Shown here: positions 27,929 through 37,802 of the stretch, piece by piece
Layout: every line of letters starts with the position of its first letter
How positions within the stretch are numbered: position 1 is the stretch's first letter
Translations under genes and position numbers: made by a program
NCBI GenBank assembly: GCA_036312945.1
Contig: JAXJNA010000044.1
Coordinates: 4,810 to 68,809 of the forward strand
Direction: 5' to 3'
Length of the DNA stretch: 64,000 bases
Origin: Anaerostipes hadrus
Lineage (GTDB): Bacteria > Bacillota > Clostridia > Lachnospirales > Lachnospiraceae
The notes under the pieces: generated by a model
Seen by the model: the letters and a program-made list of their open reading frames with translations, nothing else
What the model was told of the DNA's origin: nothing
Database searches by the model: none

Positions 27929-28045
27929 TGTGTTTTCCTCCTTAAAATTCTTATATCGCCTGATACCAGGAAAGGGTTGGAGTGCCCAAATCTGAGTATC
28001 GGTTTCACTAACTTTTATAGAATATCATAGGTTTCTATGATTTGT
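27929..28045 (-). promoter_or_regulatory. rpsO promoter (TTTACA-18-TATTCT) and 5' leader with a helix (CGATAC..GTATCAG), possible S15 autoregulatory leader
   Basis: Read on the minus strand. The helix partners lie about 30 nt apart, just upstream of the AGGAGG RBS. Confidence 0.35.
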
Positions 28046-28056
28046 AAAGAACTTTT

Positions 28057-28869
28057 TTATTTTTCTTTCTTTTTTCCTAATTGATGGTTTTTCTTTGCTG
28101 CTGCAGTCACAGCTTCGATCACTGCACTTCTCATTCCTTTTTTCTCAAGAACGTTAACCGCTTCGATCGTTGTTCCTGCTGGAGAACATACCGCATCTTT
28201 TAATTCTCCTGGATGCTGTCCTGTCTCAAGAACCATCTTTGCACTTCCTAGTAATGTCTGTGCAGCGAATGTATATGCCTGCTTTCTTGGCAGTCCCTGT
28301 GCAACTGCTGCATCCGCCATTGCCTCAATAAACATATAAACATAGGCTGGACCACTTCCACTGACTCCAACAACGGCATCCATTAGATTCTCTGTGATCT
28401 TTTCCGCTTTTCCAAAACTTTCAAAAATCTTATGTACCTGGTTAAATTCTTCTTCCGTTACATATTCATTACAGCATAGTCCTGACATTCCTTCTCCTAC
28501 CAGAGCTGGTGTATTTGGCATCACACGTACGATCTTGACTTCTTTTCCAAATTGACGCTCTGCTGCTTCCATAGAAACACCTGCTGCGATCGTTACGATG
28601 ATCTGTTCTGAGCTTACTTCATCTCTGATCTCTTTGATCACAGCTGGGTATACCTGTGGTTTTACAGATAATACCAAAATATCTGATTGTTTTGCCACTT
28701 CTTTGTTGTCTGTTGTTGTAATGATTCCAAATTCATCTTTTAGTTTCGCTGTTTTTTCTTCTCGTGGATTGGATACGATCAATTCCTGTGGACTTACGAC
28801 TTTCTGTGTCAAAATTCCAGTGATCATTGCTTGTGCCATGTTTCCACATCCGATAAATCCAAGTTTCAT
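28057..28869 (-). CDS. proC: pyrroline-5-carboxylate reductase
   Basis: 270 aa. NAD(P) site GFIGCGNMAQAMI and a ProC dimerisation domain. Confidence 0.93.
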   Translation of the reverse strand: MKLGFIGCGNMAQAMITGILTQKVVSPQELIVSNPREEKTAKLKDEFGIITTTDNKEVAKQSDILVLSVKPQVYPAVIKEIRDEVSSEQIIVTIAAGVSMEAAERQFGKEVKIVRVMPNTPALVGEGMSGLCCNEYVTEEEFNQVHKIFESFGKAEKITENLMDAVVGVSGSGPAYVYMFIEAMADAAVAQGLPRKQAYTFAAQTLLGSAKMVLETGQHPGELKDAVCSPAGTTIEAVNVLEKKGMRSAVIEAVTAAAKKNHQLGKKKEK

Positions 28870-28893
28870 TCCGTTTTTCCTCCTATGATTGTT

Positions 28894-29811
28894 CTAATTA
28901 TCCAGCTTGTTCAGTAATTTTTCAAAATACTCTGGCAAAGGCACTTCAAACTCCATATATTCTCCAGTTCTTGGATGTACGAATCCAAGGACCTTCGCAT
29001 GAAGGCACTGCCCTTCCAGTGTATACTTTGACTTCTTTGGTCCATAGACATCATCTCCTAGCAATGGATGCTTGATCGATGCCATATGCACACGGATCTG
29101 ATGAGTCCTTCCTGTCTCTAATTGACATTCGATATAAGTAAAACCTTTCTTTAAACGTTTTAATACCTTATAATGCGTCACTGCATGTTTTCCATCCATG
29201 ACGATCCCCATCTTCTTGCGGTCTTTTAAGCTTCTTCCGATCGGTGCATTGACTGTCCCTTCTTCTTCCTTGATATTTCCGTAAACGATCGCATGATATT
29301 TTCTTGTGATCGAATGATCGTATAACTGTTTGGCAATACTTTGGTGTGCCATATCGTTCTTACAGACGATCAGGATCCCTGTTGTGTCTTTGTCAATACG
29401 ATGCACGATTCCAGGCCTTAACACTCCGTTAATTCCTGACAGATCATCCTTACAGTGTGCCATCAATCCATTGACCAGCGTACCACTGTAATGTCCTGCT
29501 GCCGGATGCACTACCATACCTTTGGGCTTATTGATCAAAATGACATCTTGATCTTCATAGACAATATCAAGATCCATCTCCTCCGGTAAAATCTCAAGTT
29601 CGGTTGGTTCTGGAACCTGTAAAGTGATCACATCTCCTTCTTTACACTTTTTATTACCTTTGGAAGTCTTGCCATTTAATGCTGCACGTTCTTCCTTACA
29701 CAATTTATTGATATAACTTCTCGTAAAATCGCTGCACTGCTCTGAAAGCACCACATCCAGACGCTTGCCTGCCATTTCACTTGTCACTTTAATTTCTATT
29801 GTCTCGTCCAT
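28894..29811 (-). CDS. rluD: RluA-family 23S rRNA pseudouridine synthase (RluD-like)
   Basis: S4 domain followed by the catalytic HRIDKDTTGILIV motif. The ATG at 29809-29811 (MDETIEIK) is preferred and overlaps the lspA 3' end. Confidence 0.9.
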   Translation of the reverse strand: MDETIEIKVTSEMAGKRLDVVLSEQCSDFTRSYINKLCKEERAALNGKTSKGNKKCKEGDVITLQVPEPTELEILPEEMDLDIVYEDQDVILINKPKGMVVHPAAGHYSGTLVNGLMAHCKDDLSGINGVLRPGIVHRIDKDTTGILIVCKNDMAHQSIAKQLYDHSITRKYHAIVYGNIKEEEGTVNAPIGRSLKDRKKMGIVMDGKHAVTHYKVLKRLKKGFTYIECQLETGRTHQIRVHMASIKHPLLGDDVYGPKKSKYTLEGQCLHAKVLGFVHPRTGEYMEFEVPLPEYFEKLLNKLDN

Positions 29812-30304
29812 GTTTCCCTTTCCTGCTAAGAAAATCAAGATCTTCTTCCTTATAGAAAAATAAGATCAAGATCAAAAGTAATATCATCGTTACGGTCACA
29901 TAAATATCTGCAACATTAAAGACTGGAAAATCGATCCATTTAAAATAAAAGAAATCAACCACATATCCCCTGAATACTCTGTCGATCAGATTTCCAAACG
30001 CTCCTGCCATGATCAATGCATAACTGATACGAAGCGGTATATATTTCTTCGTCTGTGGTATTCTCCGATAGATCCATGTTAAGATCACCGCAGCAGCTAC
30101 TGTGATCAATACAAAGAAAATCTGATGATCCTGAAGGATTCCAAAAGCCGCCCCTCGATTCTCCAGATAAGAAAGTTCAAATACATTTGGGATCACAGCG
30201 ATCCCTTCTGTACTTCGAAGTGCAGATAATGCCCAGACTTTACTTAACTGATCGATCAAGATCAGCCCTATGATATATATATAAATACGAATCTGTTTCT
30301 TCAT
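29789..30304 (-). CDS. lspA: lipoprotein signal peptidase II
   Basis: 171 aa with 4 TM segments. Motifs NRGAAFG and FNVADIY. Confidence 0.92.
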   Translation of the reverse strand: MKKQIRIYIYIIGLILIDQLSKVWALSALRSTEGIAVIPNVFELSYLENRGAAFGILQDHQIFFVLITVAAAVILTWIYRRIPQTKKYIPLRISYALIMAGAFGNLIDRVFRGYVVDFFYFKWIDFPVFNVADIYVTVTMILLLILILFFYKEEDLDFLSRKGKHGRDNRN

Positions 30305-30321
30305 GTCTCGTCCTTAAAAGT

Positions 30322-31425
30322 TTATCCCTGTAATACTTGTTTCATTTCATCATCCGTCACGCTCATATCAATATATGCATCTCCGACAGATCTTAACAAT
30401 ACAAATTTAATCTTATCTCCGACCATCTTCTTATCGGATTTTGTTGTTTTTACAATATCATCCGCTGAAAGTTCACTGATATCTCCATTCATATCAAATG
30501 CCTCAAAAACACCTTTGATATCATCGACTTCTTCTTTACTGATATTCCCTTTTATATAAGAAATCTCTGCTGCCAGACAGCACCCAACTGCCACACACTC
30601 TCCATGAAGCCATGTGAAATCCTTTAATTTCTCGATCGCATGCCCTAAAGTATGTCCAAAGTTTAATAGTGCTCTCTCACCCTTTTCCTTTGGATCACGT
30701 TCTACCACACCGCCTTTGATCAGACAGCTCTGATAGATCATTTCTTTCACGGCTTCATGCTCTCTTGCCTTGATCGCATCAATATTTTCTTTGATCCATT
30801 CATAATAATCGGCATCTTTGATCAATCCGTGTTTGATCACTTCTCCCATTCCAGAAAAATATTCTCTCTCTGGCAGAGATTTTAAGGTTGTTGTATTGAT
30901 GTATACAAGTTTTGGCTGATGGAAAGCCCCAACCATGTTCTTATACTGTAAGAAATCAACACCAGTCTTTCCACCGATACTGCTGTCAACCTGAGATAGA
31001 AGTGTTGTTGGAACCTGTACAAAATCAATACCTCGAAGATATGTTGCTGCAGCATATCCTGTCATATCCCCGACAACGCCTCCACCTAGAGCGATCAACA
31101 GATCCTGTCGGTCAAAATGATTGATGATCAGTTCTTCATATAATGCCTCGATCGTCTTTAACTGCTTATGTTTTTCCCCTGCTTCAAAACTGAATGTGAT
31201 CGTTTTGGAAGCCTTGGATGAGATCAGTTCACAAACTTCGTTTAAATAGATTGGTGCAACATTGCTTTCTGTCACAATACAGACTTTTTTCTTCTCAATT
31301 TCAAGGAATTCCATCCGGTCCAGGAGGTCTGCAAAGGAATCTCTTAATACGATATCGTATGCTTTCTTTCCTTCATTGCAGATCTCAATCTTATTGTTCA
31401 TTTCCAAATTGTTTTTGCTGTTCAT
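30322..31425 (-). CDS. aroB: 3-dehydroquinate synthase
   Basis: GGGVVGDMTGYAAATYLRGIDFVQVPTTLLSQVDSSIGGKTGV and HTLGHAIE. The start is ambiguous: 31479, 31425 and 31401 are all in frame. 31425 has GGAG 9 nt upstream. Confidence 0.9.
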   Translation of the reverse strand: MNSKNNLEMNNKIEICNEGKKAYDIVLRDSFADLLDRMEFLEIEKKKVCIVTESNVAPIYLNEVCELISSKASKTITFSFEAGEKHKQLKTIEALYEELIINHFDRQDLLIALGGGVVGDMTGYAAATYLRGIDFVQVPTTLLSQVDSSIGGKTGVDFLQYKNMVGAFHQPKLVYINTTTLKSLPEREYFSGMGEVIKHGLIKDADYYEWIKENIDAIKAREHEAVKEMIYQSCLIKGGVVERDPKEKGERALLNFGHTLGHAIEKLKDFTWLHGECVAVGCCLAAEISYIKGNISKEEVDDIKGVFEAFDMNGDISELSADDIVKTTKSDKKMVGDKIKFVLLRSVGDAYIDMSVTDDEMKQVLQG

Positions 31426-31981
31426 CTTCTTCATCTCCATCTGTCTGTTCGCATCCTGCAATTTCGAATTCCATCTCATAAACGGGATTATCTAAAATAT
31501 CCATCTGTCCATTGATAAACTGTTTCATTCTGGCTTTGTAGCTCTGATAATCACTTTCCAGTTTACGGATCAGCTTCTGATAATTCTCAATCGTCTTTTC
31601 ATGCTGTTCTTTCTCTTCTTTAAAGTCTTCTTTCGCACTTGTTAAGATCTTCTCTGCCTGATCCTCTGCCTCTGATACCAACTGTTTTGCATTACGGGAT
31701 GCTTCAGCTTCTAATGCCTGTGCTTTATTGTTTGCATTCTCGATCGTCTCTTTGGATGTCTCTTCCGCAAGAACCAATGCTCTCTTTAAGGATTCTTCGA
31801 TCGTGCGGTAATGGCTTAAGTTCTCTGTCAATGCAGATACTTTCTCTCGCAGTTCGTTGTTTTCTTTATAGACTTTCTCATAGTCTTTCGCTAGTTCTTC
31901 TAAGAATTCATCAACTTCGACTGCTTTGTATCCAAATCCTCTTCTTAGTTCTTTTCCTAATACTTCAACTGGTGTAATCAT
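31391..31981 (-). CDS. divIVA: DivIVA-domain cell-division/polarity protein
   Basis: N-terminus MITPVEVLGKELRRGFGYKAVEVDEFLEEL followed by a coiled coil. Confidence 0.9.
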   Translation of the reverse strand: MITPVEVLGKELRRGFGYKAVEVDEFLEELAKDYEKVYKENNELREKVSALTENLSHYRTIEESLKRALVLAEETSKETIENANNKAQALEAEASRNAKQLVSEAEDQAEKILTSAKEDFKEEKEQHEKTIENYQKLIRKLESDYQSYKARMKQFINGQMDILDNPVYEMEFEIAGCEQTDGDEEDEQQKQFGNEQ

Positions 31982-31990
31982 ATATGCCTC

Positions 31991-32746
31991 CTATTGAAAG
32001 ATCGCCAACGTAATAAACTGACGGCCTTTTTTTGATGTTTTCCCTAAATCTTCCACCAGAAACTTCCCATATCCGCGCACGGATATGATATCGCCCTGTT
32101 TGATCTTTTGTCCACCTGATAAACACATCTTTCCATTATGAAATACTTTCTGGCTCTTTAGCAGCTTCTCACTGATATTCCTGGATAAAGAAAAAGCCTG
32201 TGAAACCAGAACATCCAGCCTCATGGACGCAACAAATCCTTCTTTTCTCTTGTATTTCTGGACATATCCAGTCTCTTCCCATGAAACTTCTTCCACAAAA
32301 ACTCGCGTATGTCTTACCTGATCAAGCTGTTCTTTGATCACACCTATGATATGTTCCATACAGAAAATATAGGCATATCTCCCATCGATCAGAATATCAC
32401 CGATCAAATGTCTCTCGATCCCAAGGTTCATCAATGCTCCAAGATAATCTCTGTGGCTTAGTTCTTCTGCGAATTTATCAAAAACAGGTGAGATCCTGGC
32501 ACAAACCACTGGAACCTCACCCTGATAACCAAATAATTCTTCTGAGCCAAACATCACCACTGCTCTTGTAAAATGCTCATGTCCTCCAACAAGTGTTGGA
32601 TGTGCATAAGCAAGTTCTTGCTTCATATCCTGATAGATACTCTGTTCATATTCATTCAGAAAGTGTGTATATGTATAAATATTCTGACTATATGCCTTCT
32701 CACATAATTCCATCAGACGTTTCTTTAATAACTCTTCTTCCTTCAT
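31991..32746 (-). CDS. ylmH: YlmH-family RNA-binding (S4 domain) protein
   Basis: 251 aa. Conserved position between sepF and divIVA. C-terminal S4-like segment RLDVLVSQAFSLSRNISEKLLKSQKVFHNG. Confidence 0.85.
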   Translation of the reverse strand: MKEEELLKKRLMELCEKAYSQNIYTYTHFLNEYEQSIYQDMKQELAYAHPTLVGGHEHFTRAVVMFGSEELFGYQGEVPVVCARISPVFDKFAEELSHRDYLGALMNLGIERHLIGDILIDGRYAYIFCMEHIIGVIKEQLDQVRHTRVFVEEVSWEETGYVQKYKRKEGFVASMRLDVLVSQAFSLSRNISEKLLKSQKVFHNGKMCLSGGQKIKQGDIISVRGYGKFLVEDLGKTSKKGRQFITLAIFQ

Positions 32747-32752
32747 GATCTT

Positions 32753-33313
32753 TTATTTTAACTGTGGTGAGATCGTATTCTCATTCATGATCTCGCTTTT
32801 TAAATCTCCGCTGACTTCAATGCTGTCTGGTGCTGCAATAAAAATATTGTTTGATACTGCCTGTAAGGATCCATTGATCGCATAAGTTGCTCCGCCCACA
32901 AAATCAATACTTCTCTGTGCAACTGTAAGTTCTACACCTTCCAGATTGATCACAACTGTTCTTCCTTCTTTTAAAAGATCAGCTGCTGTCTGTGCTTCTG
33001 CAAAATCCTGTGGCTTTATTACATAAACTTCCACGCCTCTTCCATTCATAGATACGACCTTGCTTCCTGTACTTGTAAATCTTCGTTTCTTTGCTTCTCT
33101 GCTTGCTGTAATTGTATTATCAAACGGCTGACTTATCTTGCTGTTACTGCTTTCTTCTTCTACTTCAGGCTCTTTCTTCTTAAAGAAGGAGAAAGTACTT
33201 CTTGGTTCTTCCTCTTCTTCCTCATCGTCTTCGTACTCTTCATATTCTTCATCGTACTCTTCATCGTCTGATAGTTTCATAAAGTTCAGCAGTTTGTCAA
33301 CTGTACCTTTCAT
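32753..33313 (-). CDS. sepF: cell division protein SepF
   Basis: GGAGG lies before the ATG at 33311-33313 (MKGTVDKLLNFM). Acidic linker, then a SepF core (VINLEGVELTVAQRSIDFVGGATYA). Confidence 0.9.
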   Translation of the reverse strand: MKGTVDKLLNFMKLSDDEEYDEEYEEYEDDEEEEEEPRSTFSFFKKKEPEVEEESSNSKISQPFDNTITASREAKKRRFTSTGSKVVSMNGRGVEVYVIKPQDFAEAQTAADLLKEGRTVVINLEGVELTVAQRSIDFVGGATYAINGSLQAVSNNIFIAAPDSIEVSGDLKSEIMNENTISPQLK

Positions 33314-33326
33314 AGATCTTCCTCCA

Positions 33327-34022
33327 CTAAATATTATAGTTTCTCTCTCCAAAGATTGCCGTTCCAACTCTTACCATTGTCGCACCTTCTTCTACTGCGA
33401 TCTCATAATCGTTGGTCATTCCCATGGAAAGTATACTCATATCTACATTATCGAAGTTTTTGTTGTTGATGTCAACAGATAATTGCTTCATCGCACGGAA
33501 ATACTTACGATTGTCTTCTGGATCGTCAACAAATGGTGCGATCTGCATTAATCCTTTGATCTTTACATGTTCTAAGGTGGAAATCTCTTTGATCACATCA
33601 AAAACCTCCTCTGGACTTAATCCAAATTTGGTATCTTCGTGTGCAAAATTCACCTGGATCAGGATCGGAACTTCTTTGACATCATGCTTTGCAGCTTCTT
33701 TGTCGATTGCCTGAGCAAGTTTTATAGAATCTACAGAATGGATCAATGCTACTTTATCCACGATATATTTAATCTTATTGGTCTGAAGATGTCCGATCAG
33801 ATGCCATCTTACCGGCCAGCTGATATTTGCATACTTATCTCTGATCTCCTGTACCTTATTCTCTCCAAAATCAAGTACTTTTTCTTTTCTTAATTCTTCT
33901 ACCATTTCTAATGGTTTGGTCTTGCTGACTGCGATCACTGTCACTTCTCGTGGATCACGTCCTACACGTTTACAAGCTTCTTCTACATGTTTCTTTACTT
34001 CATTATAACGTTCGATCAACAT
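33327..34022 (-). CDS. yggS: YggS/YlmE-family pyridoxal-phosphate homeostasis protein
   Basis: 231 aa with VIAVSKTKP (PLP lysine) and LSMGMTNDYEIAVEEG. Confidence 0.92.
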   Translation of the reverse strand: MLIERYNEVKKHVEEACKRVGRDPREVTVIAVSKTKPLEMVEELRKEKVLDFGENKVQEIRDKYANISWPVRWHLIGHLQTNKIKYIVDKVALIHSVDSIKLAQAIDKEAAKHDVKEVPILIQVNFAHEDTKFGLSPEEVFDVIKEISTLEHVKIKGLMQIAPFVDDPEDNRKYFRAMKQLSVDINNKNFDNVDMSILSMGMTNDYEIAVEEGATMVRVGTAIFGERNYNI

Positions 34023-34064
34023 ATCCCATTCCTTCTTTCTGTAATTCTTATAAATTTATATACC

Positions 34065-35444
34065 TTAATATATGATCTGGTTTTCCTTGATCGTTGTTCC
34101 ATCAAGAACAATGAAATCATACCGGCTAACTCCCTGATTGGTATCATTTGCAATGATCGAATAATCATCTTTCTCGATCAGAACATCGATCGGACGGAAA
34201 TCCGCATATCCCTGATTTGTACAATAAACTCCTTTTAATGTCTTCATTTTCTCGATCAAAAATGTATCTTTGGAATCCATTGCCTGAAGCACTACGTTCT
34301 CTCCAACTTCTTCTGGATCAAGATAACAATAATCCTTCGTTCTTCCATAGATCGTAAAGCTCTTTTGTTCTACCGTTACATCGCCTTTGTTGCTTGTATC
34401 ACGTACGGTAAACTGTTCTTTCGCACCGTTATCTCCCTTTGTAAGGTATTTTACTGGTACCTGGTAGAATTTCTTCTTTACAATGGATGTGTTTGGAATC
34501 TTTAATCCCTTGTAGGAATCAAGTGTCACATCGATTTCTAAGTAGCGCTCATTGATATAACGTACCGCGTAATCATTAAACTTAAGATATCCAAAATACG
34601 AACTTCCCTTTTTGGCGACTTCCACCGTTGCTGTAGCTGTAGTCTGATCTTGCAGGAACCGAACCGATACTTCACTTTTATCTTTCAACATCCGATACTG
34701 ATCTGCTTCTAGTGGAATTACGATCTGCCATTTTTCACTTTTGTTGATCCTTGCTACAACTTTGCCTTTCTTTACTTTATCGGACGTATTATACTTCTGG
34801 ATACGGTAATTGCTTTGATCAAAGTCTTTGCTTGTGATATCTTTGGCACTCTTACCATCAAAGTCGTCAGAATAAAATTGTGTCACTCCACTGCTTGTAC
34901 TTTTCTGTGTCTCAAAACTTGTATCCCCAAGCTTTTGTTTGACTGCTTCTATAACTGTTTTCATGGAATCTTCACTTAAGTTAAGGATCGCATTCTTGAG
35001 ATCATATTTCAGATCATAAACCGTGCTGAACTTATGATCACTATATACAGACTGATAATCTGTGATCTTATGCTGAATCTCATCATCATCGATCACTTTT
35101 TTATTTTTCTCAAGCTGCTGCACCTGACTTACAAATGCATCCTGAACTTTCTGATCTTTGTCGACTGTAAAGACCGTTCCTGATTTCTTGATCCGTTTTC
35201 CTTCTTCTACATAATAGGTAATATAGCCGCTTTGTGAAGCCTTTAGAAGTTCCTCATCACGGATCGCAATTCCTGTAAATGATAAGGTGTTGGTGATCTT
35301 ATCTTCCGTCACCTTGTAGACAGTCAGCTTTTTCTTGCCTAGAAACAGGATGACATTGATCAGGATGTAGACCAATATGACTACAAAAATGATCATTCCA
35401 ATATTCCAATGTATTTTTGTTGTTCGTCTTCGTTTTGCTGCCAT
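34065..35444 (-). CDS. membrane-anchored HlyD-family/adaptor-like protein
   Basis: 459 aa. One N-terminal TM segment, then a beta-rich periplasmic-adaptor-like sequence. Family assignment is from memory of similar Lachnospiraceae annotations only. Confidence 0.5.
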   Translation of the reverse strand: MAAKRRRTTKIHWNIGMIIFVVILVYILINVILFLGKKKLTVYKVTEDKITNTLSFTGIAIRDEELLKASQSGYITYYVEEGKRIKKSGTVFTVDKDQKVQDAFVSQVQQLEKNKKVIDDDEIQHKITDYQSVYSDHKFSTVYDLKYDLKNAILNLSEDSMKTVIEAVKQKLGDTSFETQKSTSSGVTQFYSDDFDGKSAKDITSKDFDQSNYRIQKYNTSDKVKKGKVVARINKSEKWQIVIPLEADQYRMLKDKSEVSVRFLQDQTTATATVEVAKKGSSYFGYLKFNDYAVRYINERYLEIDVTLDSYKGLKIPNTSIVKKKFYQVPVKYLTKGDNGAKEQFTVRDTSNKGDVTVEQKSFTIYGRTKDYCYLDPEEVGENVVLQAMDSKDTFLIEKMKTLKGVYCTNQGYADFRPIDVLIEKDDYSIIANDTNQGVSRYDFIVLDGTTIKENQIIY

Positions 35445-35447
35445 CTC

Positions 35448-36389
35448 TTAAATCTCCCATCGCCTGAGCGCTGCTCCATTTAAATAGTCAAATTTACATC
35501 CTTGCGTATAATCATTTGCTTCCATGATCTCGTCAAATCGATCTTTTAATTTCCACCAGCTGATGCCCCAGTTAGAAAATGATGCATCTTCCTTGGGCAC
35601 TCTGCTGAATAAACGCTCGATCACCATATCTTTTCGTACATAACAGATAAAGTTTACCAATCTGTCCAGATATTCTTCTGAATCACAAAGAGTTATTTTT
35701 CCTTCTTTATACTCCTCATACATTTTTGATCCTTTTGGAATATAAAGAGAATGTAATTTTACGATCTGCACTGGAAGTGCGGAAAGAATCTTTGCTGTCT
35801 CGATCACATCCGTCATGTCATCTCCTGGCAGGTTCAAAATAATATGTGTGCAGATCTCAAATCCATACGGTGCTGTCATTAACACAGCATTTAGATATTC
35901 TGCCAGTGTATGCCCTCGATCAATCTTATTTAAAGTCTTATAATTGACTGTCTGAAGTCCATATTCCATAGAGATCTTCACCTGATATTCTTCAGAAATC
36001 TTCTTTAAACAGTCTAAATATTCCTTCGTAATGCAGTCAGGTCTTGTAGATACCGAAATCCCTACGATATCTTCCGTCTGTGCTGCTTCTACCAGATACT
36101 TCTCAAACTTGTCAACCGGCAGGAATGTGTTCGTATAATTCTGAAAATATGCGATAAATTTCTTCGCTTTATAGCGTTTTGTGATCTTTCCTTTTGTCGC
36201 ATTTAACTGTTCACTTACAGATACCTCACTGTTCATCGCTTCAAAGCCGGTTCCCACACCTCCACAGAAAGTGCACCCATCTCCATCCATACGATTTGGA
36301 CAAGTCACCGGAAGATTAACTGGTAATTTATATACTTTTTCTCCATATAATTCCTTTAAATGTGTGCTGTAAGCTTTGTATCGTTCCAT
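35448..36389 (-). CDS. TIGR01212-family radical SAM protein
   Basis: 313 aa with the cysteine cluster CPNRMDGDGCTFCG near the N-terminus and a TIM-barrel-like remainder. Confidence 0.85.
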   Translation of the reverse strand: MERYKAYSTHLKELYGEKVYKLPVNLPVTCPNRMDGDGCTFCGGVGTGFEAMNSEVSVSEQLNATKGKITKRYKAKKFIAYFQNYTNTFLPVDKFEKYLVEAAQTEDIVGISVSTRPDCITKEYLDCLKKISEEYQVKISMEYGLQTVNYKTLNKIDRGHTLAEYLNAVLMTAPYGFEICTHIILNLPGDDMTDVIETAKILSALPVQIVKLHSLYIPKGSKMYEEYKEGKITLCDSEEYLDRLVNFICYVRKDMVIERLFSRVPKEDASFSNWGISWWKLKDRFDEIMEANDYTQGCKFDYLNGAALRRWEI

Positions 36390-36390
36390 C

Positions 36391-37359
36391 TTAGTTTTCC
36401 TTTGATAATATATCTGTCATTGTATGGTAAAGCGCTGATTTTGTAACGCCTTTTAACACCACGGAAATGAATTCCTCACCGTCTTTATTCTTTGTAAGAA
36501 GAATCAGACAAGAACCTGCCTGTGTTGTTGTACCAGTCTTTCCTCCGATCATATATACCTGACTTGGAAGTGTATATGTTCCGGCAATATACTGGTTTGT
36601 GGAAGCCATATCATAAATCTTTTGTTCTCCCTTGGAACCAAGATATTCAATCCTGCTGCTTGATCTTCCTGCAATATTAAAGAATTCATTATGTTTGGCT
36701 ACTTCTTTAAAGATCAGATAAAGATCATATGCTGTGGAATAATGATCACTTAAATGAAGTCCATTTGGATTTGCAAAATGTGTATTGGTTGCTCCAAGTT
36801 CTTTGGCTCTCTTATTCATCATTTTTACAAAATTTGCTTCACTTCCAGCCACTGCCTCTCCAAGTGCAACGGCTGCATCATTGGCTGACATAATGATCAA
36901 TGCATTTAATAATGCTTCCACTGTGATCTTATCCCCTTTCTTCAGATGGATTGCCACAGCTGCTCCATCAGGGAATGTGATGTCATGTTTGATCGTTACA
37001 ACCTGACTTAAATTTAAATTCTCCAAAGTCAGCAATGCTGTCATAATCTTTGTTGTACTTGCTGGGTAAGCCTGGTCAAAAACCTTCTGACTAACGATCA
37101 CTTTATTCTTTGTATTATTGACCAACAAAACTTCCTTGGCTTCCGGATAGTCATTATTATCTGCCTTTTCTTTGGATACAACCGCTACCTTAGAACCTCT
37201 GGATTCCCAACGGTCACTTAATGCATCTTCTTTTAATGCCGTTTCATTCTTCTGATAATGTTCATCATATGATGTAAATCCACCTGTCTTTGCCGATGTC
37301 TGGCAGCCAGATAAGGTGATCATCATGACGGACATACAAATACAAATTAATTTTTTCAT
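36391..37359 (-). CDS. D-alanyl-D-alanine carboxypeptidase (S11, low-MW PBP), lipoprotein
   Basis: Lipobox LSGC. Motifs SxxK (ASTTK), SxN (SAND) and KTG (GKTGTT). Confidence 0.9.
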   Translation of the reverse strand: MKKLICICMSVMMITLSGCQTSAKTGGFTSYDEHYQKNETALKEDALSDRWESRGSKVAVVSKEKADNNDYPEAKEVLLVNNTKNKVIVSQKVFDQAYPASTTKIMTALLTLENLNLSQVVTIKHDITFPDGAAVAIHLKKGDKITVEALLNALIIMSANDAAVALGEAVAGSEANFVKMMNKRAKELGATNTHFANPNGLHLSDHYSTAYDLYLIFKEVAKHNEFFNIAGRSSSRIEYLGSKGEQKIYDMASTNQYIAGTYTLPSQVYMIGGKTGTTTQAGSCLILLTKNKDGEEFISVVLKGVTKSALYHTMTDILSKEN

Positions 37360-37372
37360 TTTATGCTTTCTG

Positions 37373-37399
37373 TAAAAAAAGACCGTCGTGTGACAGTCT
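37373..37399 (-). terminator. intrinsic terminator after the mgsA-like gene
   Basis: Minus strand AGACTGTC-ACAC-GACGGTCT (one G-U pair) followed by TTTTTTT. Confidence 0.75.
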
Positions 37400-37790
37400 A
37401 TTTATACATATTCCTCCAATCTAAATCTCCTCGGTCCAGTGCCAGGATCAATACTTCTGCCGTTGGCAGATTCGTAGCACACGGAATATTATACTGATCA
37501 CAGAGATTTAAAACATTATAAAAATCTGGTGTTCTCTTCTTATTTGCCGGGTCCTGTAAAAAGATCAAGAGGTCTATTTCATTATTGGATATCTTAGATC
37601 CCATTTGCTGCATACCGCCAAAATGTCCGGCAAGAAGTTTGTGGATCTTTAAGTTTGCAACATCTTCAATCATCTGTCCAGTCGTACTTGTAGCATATAA
37701 TTTATGTTTTTTTAAAATATCCTGATACGCGATACATAAATTCTGCATCAGGTTCTTTTTGCCATCATGGGCAACTAATCCTACATTCAT
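37398..37790 (-). CDS. methylglyoxal synthase-like protein lacking key catalytic residues
   Basis: 130 aa. Colinear with MgsA (LVAHDGKK, YATSTTG, IDLLIFLQDP, IPCATN). However, the GGDQQ motif reads GGMQQ and the ..PHDPD.. segment reads KRTPDF. Confidence 0.8.
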   Translation of the reverse strand: MNVGLVAHDGKKNLMQNLCIAYQDILKKHKLYATSTTGQMIEDVANLKIHKLLAGHFGGMQQMGSKISNNEIDLLIFLQDPANKKRTPDFYNVLNLCDQYNIPCATNLPTAEVLILALDRGDLDWRNMYK

Positions 37791-37802
37791 AGATAGAACC
37801 TC

